Shown: in pieces, positions 26,139 through 33,177 of the stretch
How positions within the stretch are numbered: position 1 is the stretch's first letter
Layout: the number at the start of each line of letters is the position of its first letter
IMG/VR virus record: IMGVR_UViG_3300032330_001458
Coordinates: 1 to 33,177 of that record
Origin: a virus
Lineage: Duplodnaviria; Caudoviricetes
Length of the DNA: 33,177 bases
Direction: 5' to 3' (one strand)
The notes under the pieces: generated by a model
Told to the model about the DNA's origin: nothing
The model's input: the letters and a program-made list of their open reading frames with translations, nothing else
Databases searched by the model: none
Made by a program: the position numbers and the translations under genes

Positions 26139-26888
26139 ATGACCATTACTCCCTTCAACTTTAACGGAACAGAACTCCGCGCAATCAGCCGCGACGGTGA
26201 GCCATGGTTCATTGCCTCCGATGTTTGCACGGTGCTTGAACACTCCAACTCTCGGAAGGCTATCACCTCCCTGGAAGACGATGAAAAGGGTGTAACCATT
26301 AGTGACACCCCTGGAGGCCCTCAAGAATTCGCGATCATCAACGAGTCCGGCCTGTACTCCCTCGTTCTGCGTTCCCGCAAGCCACAAGCCAAGGCGTTCA
26401 AGAAGTGGGTCACTTCCGAAGTCCTGCCCGCGATCCGCAAAACGGGAGGCTACCAAGTCGCCTCTACCGCGATCCTCCCGCAAGACTACGCTACCGCTCT
26501 CCGCCAACTCGCCGACAAGTACGAGGAAACGGAAAAACTCAAGCTTACTATTGAGACTCAACGCCCCGCCGTGGAATACGTTGAACGGTTCGTCAAAGCT
26601 GACGGACTGTTTGGCATCCGCGAGACTGCGAAGATTCTCGGAGTGAAGCAAAACGCCTTCGTTGATCTTTGCCAAGGTGGCCGTGTCCTGTTCCGCGAGA
26701 ACGGCAGCTTGCAACCTTACGCCAAGTGGCTCGACGCTGGTTACTTTGAAGTTAAGACAGGCGAGGCAAACGAACACGCTTTCAAGCAAACGCGATTTAC
26801 TTCCAAGGGCCTCGAATGGGTCCGCAGCTATCTTGCGATTGACCAGCTTTTGGGGACTTCTAACGCACTCACCCTAACCCAAGCCTAA
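26139..26888 (+). CDS. ant: Antirepressor (BRO-N plus ANT/KilAC)
   Basis: GEPWFIASDVC, INESGLYSLVLRSRKPQAKAFKKWVTSEVLPAIRKTGGY, LPQDY..ALR.LAD, GYFEVK, TRFT.KG. Confidence 0.9.
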   Translation: MTITPFNFNGTELRAISRDGEPWFIASDVCTVLEHSNSRKAITSLEDDEKGVTISDTPGGPQEFAIINESGLYSLVLRSRKPQAKAFKKWVTSEVLPAIRKTGGYQVASTAILPQDYATALRQLADKYEETEKLKLTIETQRPAVEYVERFVKADGLFGIRETAKILGVKQNAFVDLCQGGRVLFRENGSLQPYAKWLDAGYFEVKTGEANEHAFKQTRFTSKGLEWVRSYLAIDQLLGTSNALTLTQA

Positions 26889-26895
26889 TAAACCG

Positions 26896-27126
26896 ATGAG
26901 CCCTTTACGTGAAACAATCGAATTTATTTCGCTCAATGATGCAACGGAGATTCCAGAAGGAAGTTTCCAGGATCAGCTTTCCGAAATGACGGGATGGCTA
27001 ACCATTGCAACTGCCGCCGTCGCACTGAACCGCACTCGCCATGACATAGCAGTTAGGGTTCATACTTTCCGCTTTAAAGGCCAACACATGGCTTCAAGCC
27101 GTCGCCTTGGAACCCCAGCCCAATAA
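26896..27126 (+). CDS. Hypothetical protein
   Basis: ORF flanked by a 24-nt imperfect direct repeat. Confidence 0.45.
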   Translation: MSPLRETIEFISLNDATEIPEGSFQDQLSEMTGWLTIATAAVALNRTRHDIAVRVHTFRFKGQHMASSRRLGTPAQ

Positions 27127-27130
27127 ACCG

Positions 27131-27259
27131 ATGACGCAAGTAATCCAAGCGATCACCAGCGCAGGCAAGGACGCTGATTCAATCTTGAGCAGTCTCATTG
27201 CTGCTAACTTCAATCGGACTGTGAGAGCAGTTCGCAAATTTACAAAGAAAGGCAAGTAA
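27131..27259 (+). CDS. Small hypothetical protein (42 aa)
   Basis: MTQVIQAITS...KKGK fills the operon gap; same leader as the previous gene. Confidence 0.4.
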   Translation: MTQVIQAITSAGKDADSILSSLIAANFNRTVRAVRKFTKKGK

Positions 27260-27260
27260 C

Positions 27261-27485
27261 ATGACGCAATCAATTAATGATTACCTGGAGCAGCTCGAGC
27301 TTATCTCCATTTACCATTCGCCATCACCATATTTGGTCAATGTTAGCGCGAAAAATGGCGACAATGTGATTGTTGTCGGGTTGCGTATTGACTGGAATCA
27401 TAGGCAGACGGTTGGACATTTTGCAGCGTTTGCTAATCAAGTTATTCGCGCTGGCGGTGCAGTCACAACGGAGGCCGTGAAATAA
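27261..27485 (+). CDS. Hypothetical protein
   Basis: Operon tiling. Confidence 0.5.
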   Translation: MTQSINDYLEQLELISIYHSPSPYLVNVSAKNGDNVIVVGLRIDWNHRQTVGHFAAFANQVIRAGGAVTTEAVK

Positions 27486-27486
27486 C

Positions 27487-27666
27487 ATGACCCTAATCGA
27501 ACAACTCCGCGCACAGTTAGACAGCGGATTCAAGCCAGAGATAGACGGCGAGACTCTGCAAAGGATCGTCACTGCTTTGGAGGCTGGCAAAGTCATCACC
27601 TCATTTAGCACAAACCTTCCCGAGCGAATCGACGCCATGTTAGTATTCAAGGAGGCCACGAAATGA
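27487..27666 (+). CDS. Hypothetical protein (59 aa)
   Basis: MTLIEQLRAQLD...EATK, ATGA-coupled to the next gene. Confidence 0.5.
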   Translation: MTLIEQLRAQLDSGFKPEIDGETLQRIVTALEAGKVITSFSTNLPERIDAMLVFKEATK

Positions 27667-28025
27667 TCGCTACAAATGACGGCGGGCCAGCTTTTCCTGG
27701 AGAACAAGGCCACGATGGATGTGGTACGTGCAAGCGCGAAATAGGAGCGGATGGAACCATTCAGTGGCTGAATCTCAACCAAGGCATGAGCTTGCGTGAT
27801 TACTTCGCGGCTAACTACAAAGTGGCGCATGATTCTGACGGCGACATACAAGGCGCAAGTCAGGACGTTATCGGTGCTGTTGTTGACATTCCGTATCCGC
27901 CCATGGATGAGAACAACAAAAGCAAGACATGGCAAGATCGTGTTCGGTGGCAGATCCAGGCAGAAGCCAAGCTGCAATACATGCACGCCGACGCAATGCT
28001 AGCAGCAAGGGAGGCGACGAAATGA
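27663..28025 (+). CDS. Conserved-type phage protein (GGPAFP...GMSLRDYFAA...ADAML)
   Basis: All three family motifs are present. Confidence 0.8.
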   Translation: MIATNDGGPAFPGEQGHDGCGTCKREIGADGTIQWLNLNQGMSLRDYFAANYKVAHDSDGDIQGASQDVIGAVVDIPYPPMDENNKSKTWQDRVRWQIQAEAKLQYMHADAMLAAREATK

Positions 28026-28270
28026 GCGAGATTCTAAACACGATTTCCCTGTCTGCTTGGGTATGGATCGGATGTGCAGGAACATGTTTCGGCGTGCTGC
28101 TTGGTTTTGTCTATGCCTATCACCGTCCGAAGCCCACAGCGCAGGAGAAGCAAGAGGCAGGAAAGTTAATCGGCTTAGTTCGTGGCCGTGGTCAATTCCC
28201 GGCCTTTAAAGACCCGAAAGATACGTTCAAACTTCGCGCGATGGATGAACTTCAAGACGACTATGAGTGA
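28022..28270 (+). CDS. Small membrane protein
   Basis: TM AWVWIGCAGTCFGVLLGFVYAY; ATG at 28022. Confidence 0.55.
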   Translation: MSEILNTISLSAWVWIGCAGTCFGVLLGFVYAYHRPKPTAQEKQEAGKLIGLVRGRGQFPAFKDPKDTFKLRAMDELQDDYE

Positions 28271-28499
28271 CTGGAATGCAATCTTGGCAGAATTCAACGG
28301 CTCCAAACGGGAGACAAACAGCCGGTCAAATTGGAAGCCAATGTATGACGGCCTGATTATCGCAATGAATGGCGACAACCTAGCCGAAAAAACACGCTAT
28401 CTAGTTACAAAAGGAGTCATTCCAGCGCCCAAAGAAATCAACGCTTATCAAGCATTTGCGGCAATCGAAAGAAGGAGGAAGAAATCATGTGCGCATTAA
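28263..28499 (+). CDS. Hypothetical protein
   Basis: ATG at 28263; operon tiling. Confidence 0.5.
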   Translation: MSDWNAILAEFNGSKRETNSRSNWKPMYDGLIIAMNGDNLAEKTRYLVTKGVIPAPKEINAYQAFAAIERRRKKSCAH

Positions 28500-28840
28500 A
28501 TGATGGACTAACAAAAAAAGACATCTTAGTTTCACTTGGATTCTTTGTCATAGCATCGCCTTTGATGCTCCCATTGCTAATCGCTATTGGCCTGTGTAAG
28601 GCAGCATCAAAGCTTGGTGAAGCTTTGACTGAGCTTGCAGACTATTCCAAGGAATGGCTAGACAAAGGGTGGGAAATATTGGTTTGCGCAAGATTTTTGA
28701 ACCAAGTACAGGACAAATTCGCAACACTCAAAAAACAGCGCGATGTCGCCGAACAACGGGCGCTTATTGCTGAGTGTGACCGCGATTTTGCTCAAAGGGA
28801 TTTCCTAGAACTCAAAGCCGCAAAGGAGGATGCAGAATGA
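28487..28840 (+). CDS. Membrane protein with coiled coil
   Basis: TM ILVSLGFFVIASPLMLPLLIAIGL. Confidence 0.55.
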   Translation: MCALNDGLTKKDILVSLGFFVIASPLMLPLLIAIGLCKAASKLGEALTELADYSKEWLDKGWEILVCARFLNQVQDKFATLKKQRDVAEQRALIAECDRDFAQRDFLELKAAKEDAE

Positions 28841-28989
28841 AACAGCTATTCCTACCCGACGACCAGCCTCGTTTCATCCTTCCGAGCGATAACGTAAAGC
28901 GTCTCGCAATCACCGCGATTCTGCAAAATCTGGCGCTACTTGCTGGAGTCGCTTGGTTCTTTTATCAACTAGCCACTCACCCATTTTGA
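28837..28989 (+). CDS. Small membrane protein (50 aa)
   Basis: ATGA-coupled; TM LAITAILQNLALLAGVAWFFY. Confidence 0.5.
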   Translation: MKQLFLPDDQPRFILPSDNVKRLAITAILQNLALLAGVAWFFYQLATHPF

Positions 28990-29048
28990 GGCTGAACCTC
29001 ACAACGTCCTAGTTCATCACACTTTCACCGCATGCCAACATTGGAAGA

Positions 29049-29108
29049 GGCTCCGGTAAGACGGGGCCGGACGTAACCGGCCAGGAGGGGCGCGACTCTG
29101 CAACGCGC
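29049..29108 (+). ncRNA. Structured intergenic RNA element
   Basis: Overlapping GC hairpins and a possible 3' H-type pseudoknot. Confidence 0.4.
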
Positions 29109-29129
29109 AAATTTCAATCAATCAGACTT

Positions 29130-29708
29130 ATGATTACACTTGATCAAATCAAACCATTCTGCTCAACCGATCTTTACAGGATCAAGCTAGCAGAACCATT
29201 CAACCTGGAAGAATGGACTTACGCGACAGATGGTCGCATTATTGTTCGCATCAAGCGCGGGCCTGAAACGCTGCAAACTACCAAGTATGTGGGCATAAAT
29301 CCGCTATCAGTGTACGAGGGTGTTTTCGCCGACTGGTTCAAGCTTCCCGCTTTTGAAGTTGAGCCTGAGCCTGTTCCTCCTGAGCCAAAGCGGATCAAAT
29401 GCGAGGAATGCGGCGGCACAGGCGAATGTGATTGCAATTGTCCGAAATGCGGGGGTGAGTGCGAGGAATGCGGGGGTGATGGGGAAGTAACCGACTTCGG
29501 ACCAAAACCGCCGCCTTGCCCTATCGGCATCATTAAAGGAACGATGTTTAATCTTTGGTTCATCGAGAAGATTCAACGCCTTGGCGAGATGGAATGGAGC
29601 CTCGGTGAAAAAGGTATGATGGCTTTCAGGAATGAAGATTGCGAAGGCCGAATCATGGCCATGGAAGGTAAGGTTATCAAAGAACGGCCATACATCACAC
29701 TAATTTAA
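29130..29708 (+). CDS. Beta-clamp-like fragment with a DnaJ-type Zn finger insertion
   Basis: YATDGRI motif, CEECGGTG/CPKC/CEECGGDG, C-terminal GRIMAM. Confidence 0.6.
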   Translation: MITLDQIKPFCSTDLYRIKLAEPFNLEEWTYATDGRIIVRIKRGPETLQTTKYVGINPLSVYEGVFADWFKLPAFEVEPEPVPPEPKRIKCEECGGTGECDCNCPKCGGECEECGGDGEVTDFGPKPPPCPIGIIKGTMFNLWFIEKIQRLGEMEWSLGEKGMMAFRNEDCEGRIMAMEGKVIKERPYITLI

Positions 29709-29709
29709 C

Positions 29710-29892
29710 ATGACCCGCACCCTCCAACTCCAAGAAATCCACAACGAGGCAAGTAACAACGAGCCTTGTATCTGCCCCTTCTGCGACTGCAACCATAAGC
29801 GCAAGTGGATTAATGGAGCTTGGTTTTGCGACATGTGCGAAGAAAACGAAATCACCCGAACAGATAACCGAAGAAACACCACGACAAAATGA
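29710..29892 (+). CDS. Small Zn-ribbon protein
   Basis: CPFC...WFCDMC. Confidence 0.5.
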   Translation: MTRTLQLQEIHNEASNNEPCICPFCDCNHKRKWINGAWFCDMCEENEITRTDNRRNTTTK

Positions 29893-30614
29893 GTAACGAG
29901 ACCCAGATAATAAACCCTCGCCCGCAATCGGCACCGCTTGAAATCGGTCTGGTTATCCAAGGTATTGTAACGCAGGGCGTGAGGCCGGAAGATGTTCAGT
30001 CTTTGGCGCTCATGATGGAGATGCACCAGAAGCAGCAAGACAGGCTAGCGGAACAGGATTTCGCGGCAGCGTTCAACGCGCTACAAAAGGAATCCGTCAA
30101 CGTGCGAGCAAATAAGCCAGTCCCTGGCAAAGATGGAATCAAGTTCGTTTACGCAAACTTCCAAGAGATCATGGATCAAGTCTCCCCGCTACTTGGCGAG
30201 CATGGTTTCTCGCTGTCATTTGAGCCACAGCGCGGAGAAAAGACTGTGACTATGACTTGCGTTTTGCAGCACGTTTCCGGCCACTCGAAACGCTATTCTA
30301 TGGAGGTGCGAATCGGCGCAGGCCCTCCCGGCTCCAGTGAATGCCAAGCAGACGGCGCGGCGTATGAGTACGCCAAGCGTCTTGCCCTCTGTTCTGCTCT
30401 AAACATCGTTGTGGACAAGTCGGATGTGAAGATCGAAGGCGATGCCATCACGCCAGAGCAGGCCGCTCAATTGGAGTCACGGCTACGCGCTGTGAATGGC
30501 GACGTTCAAGCCTTCTTGAAACTCGCCAAGGCCGCAAGCTTTGCCGAAATCCGAAGCACTCGCTACGGGATGCTGGATCGTGCGCTAACTACCAAGGAGA
30601 AAGGCGCGAAATGA
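29889..30614 (+). CDS. ERF-family ssDNA annealing protein
   Basis: YA....I...V.PLL.EHGFS, L.H.SG and QA.GAA..YAKR.AL...LNI motifs. Confidence 0.85.
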   Translation: MSNETQIINPRPQSAPLEIGLVIQGIVTQGVRPEDVQSLALMMEMHQKQQDRLAEQDFAAAFNALQKESVNVRANKPVPGKDGIKFVYANFQEIMDQVSPLLGEHGFSLSFEPQRGEKTVTMTCVLQHVSGHSKRYSMEVRIGAGPPGSSECQADGAAYEYAKRLALCSALNIVVDKSDVKIEGDAITPEQAAQLESRLRAVNGDVQAFLKLAKAASFAEIRSTRYGMLDRALTTKEKGAK

Positions 30615-31219
30615 AGATCCACGATGTAATCCAAGGGGCTGACGAATGGCTCAAGCTTCGCCTTGGCAGGCCTACCGCTTCCGAGTTCTCCAAACTGTTC
30701 ACTGAGTCGCTAGAACCGCGCAAGGGAGAGATGCCCAAAACGCTACTCGCGCAAAAAGTGGCAGAGATTTGGTGCGGACCTTTACCAACGTTTGGAACGA
30801 AGCAAATGGAGGATGGCAATCTAATGGAGGATGAAGCACGGCCATGGTACGAATTTACCTATGGCGTGACCGTTTCCACCCCCGGCTTTGTCGTGTCCGA
30901 CTGCGGGCGCTACGGTTGCTCTCCAGATGGCCTTGTAGACGGTGCTAGCGGTCTCGAAATCAAGTGCCCTGCTCCGACTACTCACGTTAGTTACGCGCTC
31001 GCTGGAAAGCTGCCTGGAGACTACGCCGCGCAGGTTCATGGGTCGATGATGGTGACAGGGCTACCGTATTGGGATTTTGTCAGCTATTCGCGCTTCATGC
31101 CGCCTCTGGTTGTTCGCGTTGAACATGACGAAACAATCTGCGCACGAATGGCGGAAGTGGTCGCAGCGTTTTGCGATCAGATCGAGCAGGCAAACGAGAA
31201 ACTGAAAGGAATGAAATAG
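30611..31219 (+). CDS. YqaJ/lambda-type exonuclease
   Basis: QG..EW..LR.G..TAS, GCSPDGL, LEIKCP, Q....M and WDFVSY. Confidence 0.92.
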   Translation: MKIHDVIQGADEWLKLRLGRPTASEFSKLFTESLEPRKGEMPKTLLAQKVAEIWCGPLPTFGTKQMEDGNLMEDEARPWYEFTYGVTVSTPGFVVSDCGRYGCSPDGLVDGASGLEIKCPAPTTHVSYALAGKLPGDYAAQVHGSMMVTGLPYWDFVSYSRFMPPLVVRVEHDETICARMAEVVAAFCDQIEQANEKLKGMK

Positions 31220-31286
31220 TGAACACAATCGAACAGTTAGAAATCGCGCTCCAAATCGAGCGAGCAAAAGCAGAGGGTAAGCCGCC

Positions 31287-31691
31287 ATGCCGAAAGGAGA
31301 AGGTGTAATGACCGCCAGGCAATTTCAGAAGAAGACCGAAGGATTCCGCACTGAGTACGAGCTTCAAAAGGCCCTTGTGGCATGGCTCCGAACAACTCAG
31401 AAGCAGGTTGTGAAGGATCGTTTTTTTGCCGTGCCAAACGCTGCTAGACGCTCACCAAAGACGGCAGGAATGATGCAAGCGCAAGGCATGAAAGCGGGCG
31501 TTCCTGACCTTGTTTTCTATGCCCCTGGGGGCCGTGTCCTGTGGCTTGAATTGAAGAATGGCAAGCTAGGTAAACCAAGTGAATCACAAGTTAAAATGCA
31601 TGCCGATCTTTACCACTGCGGGCACACTGTCTGCATGGCGCACACCATCGAAGAAGCAAAAGCAGCAATAATCAATTTTTACGAAAACTAA
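31287..31691 (+). CDS. VRR-NUC domain nuclease
   Basis: E..LQ, FAVPN, GM.AGVPDL, LELK and S..Q; start may be 31308. Confidence 0.85.
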   Translation: MPKGEGVMTARQFQKKTEGFRTEYELQKALVAWLRTTQKQVVKDRFFAVPNAARRSPKTAGMMQAQGMKAGVPDLVFYAPGGRVLWLELKNGKLGKPSESQVKMHADLYHCGHTVCMAHTIEEAKAAIINFYEN

Positions 31692-31692
31692 C

Positions 31693-32103
31693 ATGTCAGA
31701 CCTAATTAACATCAATATCGACCTCGCTAAGTTGCAAGGCGCGGAAGTCCGCGAAAAGAACGGAAAGCACTTCCTCATGATCGACTTGTCAGAGAGTCGA
31801 GTGAAGCACTATCCGCGCAGCAATGGCAAAGACTCGGCCTACTGCTCACTTGAAATCAAAGCAAGCGACAAGCTCAAAGATGAAAAGACCCACCTTGTTA
31901 AGGAGTCGCGAACGAAGGATGAGCGCCAGCAACGCCTAGAGCTTCCAATCTTGGGCGATGGCCGCGAGTTCAATTTCAACAAGTCTGACCCCGTGCCAGA
32001 GCGTAAGCCGGTACGCCCGAATGCTCCAAATGTACAGCTTGGATACGTCGCGCCAGTGCAGGAAGATGATGGCGGATTTGGAAGCGAAGAGATATCATTC
32101 TGA
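31693..32103 (+). CDS. Single-stranded DNA-binding-like protein
   Basis: INIDLAKL..., K.ER....PILG.G motif, acidic C-terminal tail ending EEISF. Confidence 0.6.
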   Translation: MSDLININIDLAKLQGAEVREKNGKHFLMIDLSESRVKHYPRSNGKDSAYCSLEIKASDKLKDEKTHLVKESRTKDERQQRLELPILGDGREFNFNKSDPVPERKPVRPNAPNVQLGYVAPVQEDDGGFGSEEISF

Positions 32104-32104
32104 T

Positions 32105-32398
32105 ATGAACCTACCAAAGTTATTACAACACCTATCTGCCCTCAGTGATAAGTCTATCTCGCTCTGTGACCTGCGTGCCATGCTATTGATGGAGCAGACT
32201 CCAATACACAAGGCACAGACTCTAACAGCGCAATACGGATGGAGCGGCACTAAGGCTTCTCAAATCCTGCGCAGACTAAGAGAGGCAGGATGCGTTAAGT
32301 CAGGCGACGAACAAATGAGCGCGGGTCGGACATACAGCCTAACAGACGACGGGGCAAGAATCCTGCAAGTCTTGAGAATGGCGGGAGGTAAGTCATGA
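32105..32398 (+). CDS. Winged-helix DNA-binding protein (MarR-like)
   Basis: ASQILRRLREAGCV...RTYSLT..G. Confidence 0.7.
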   Translation: MNLPKLLQHLSALSDKSISLCDLRAMLLMEQTPIHKAQTLTAQYGWSGTKASQILRRLREAGCVKSGDEQMSAGRTYSLTDDGARILQVLRMAGGKS

Positions 32399-32619
32399 CT
32401 GATCTTTTCACCATCGAACCCTCGCCACGCCCCGCGCTTGAACTGGCGCTGGAGAGGTTAGAGGAAGCTGATAAGGCTTTTCAGGCATCGGGAGGCGAAC
32501 ATGCTTATATCCAGGGTCAGTTAGGCTCTGAGATTGACAACCTGTATGCTCACTTGATTGGAGCAGGGGAAAATGTGAAACGACTAGAGCGCGAAGAACT
32601 GGAGAAACGCAAAGTATGA
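32395..32619 (+). CDS. Hypothetical protein
   Basis: ATGA-coupled on both sides. Confidence 0.55.
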   Translation: MTDLFTIEPSPRPALELALERLEEADKAFQASGGEHAYIQGQLGSEIDNLYAHLIGAGENVKRLEREELEKRKV

Positions 32620-33177
32620 AAGTCTTGGTGGCATGTGAGTTTAGCGGCGAGGTACGCCGCGCATTTGCAGCGAAAGGGCATGATGCTTATTCCTGCGACT
32701 TGAGGCCAGCCGCATACGACGGCGAGCTTGATTTATGGCACTTCCAAATGGACTGGCGAAAGGCTTTTGCGCTGATCAAATGGGATCTGGTGTTAGGCTT
32801 CCCTCCATGCACAGACCTTTGCGTGAGTGGAGCCAGGCACTTTCAAGCAAAACGAGCGGACGGACGCCAAGCTAACGCTATCAACTTTTTCCTGGAGTTC
32901 ACAAAACTGCCTTGCAAATGGGCTATTGAAAACCCTATCGGAATCATGTCCACTCACTATCGGAAGCCTGACCAGATTATCCAACCTTGGCAGTTTGGGC
33001 ATGGCGAGACAAAAGCTACCTGCCTTTGGTTGAATGGACTGCCACCACTCAGACCAACAAAGATTGTAGATGGTCGCGAGTCTCGGATTCATCGCATGTC
33101 GCCAAGTAAAGACCGTGCTGAAAAACGCTCCATAACATACAGTGGAATCGCAAGAGCGATGGCTGAACAATGGGGAT
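32616..33177 (+). CDS. Short phage DNA cytosine methyltransferase-like protein (absent from the ORF track; stop spans the window junction)
   Basis: Translated by hand: MKVLVACEFSG, SCD, FPPCT, IENP, QPWQFGH, K.TCLWL.GLP, RS.TY.GIA.AMAEQWG. Confidence 0.88.
   Translation, partial: MKVLVACEFSGEVRRAFAAKGHDAYSCDLRPAAYDGELDLWHFQMDWRKAFALIKWDLVLGFPPCTDLCVSGARHFQAKRADGRQANAINFFLEFTKLPCKWAIENPIGIMSTHYRKPDQIIQPWQFGHGETKATCLWLNGLPPLRPTKIVDGRESRIHRMSPSKDRAEKRSITYSGIARAMAEQWG

Noticed and set aside
26106-26789. 227-aa antisense ORF over the antirepressor, and similar ORFs over the portal, protease, fibre and TMP
   Set aside because: Shadow ORFs of well-supported + strand genes
32793-33170. 125-aa minus ORF and 68-aa plus ORF at the right end
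   Set aside because: Both overlap the clear methyltransferase frame starting at 32616
1-33177. CRISPR array, diversity-generating retroelement, IS element or intron
   Set aside because: No regularly spaced repeats, reverse transcriptase, transposase or interrupted core gene was seen

Overview
The window looks like a whole ~33.2 kb temperate tailed-phage genome. It appears circular: the C5-methyltransferase ORF at the right edge ends ...AEQWG plus a lone T, and the first two bases (AA) complete its TAA stop. Gene order on the + strand: small DNA-binding genes, terminase small and large subunits, a Mu-like head module (DUF935 portal, protease/scaffold, decoration protein, major capsid, adaptor, gpF-like), neck and tail completion, a fibre with a signal peptide, tail tube, Dit-like protein, two small fibres, tape measure and hub. 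Then come an accessory region with a large structured minus-strand RNA (C4/CI-like antisense hairpin and a tRNA-like cloverleaf), a lysis cassette, a putative intact attP with a tyrosine integrase, a leftward early operon, a divergent promoter with an Arc-like gene and BRO/ANT antirepressor, and a recombination module (ERF, YqaJ, VRR-NUC, SSB-like, methylase). I could not recognise a CI-type repressor, replication initiator, helicase, primase, tail sheath or tail chaperones. A/C-rich, SD-less leaders and the HTH/integrase style suggest a Verrucomicrobiota-like host, which is only an inference. All calls come from reading motifs by eye; no searches were run.
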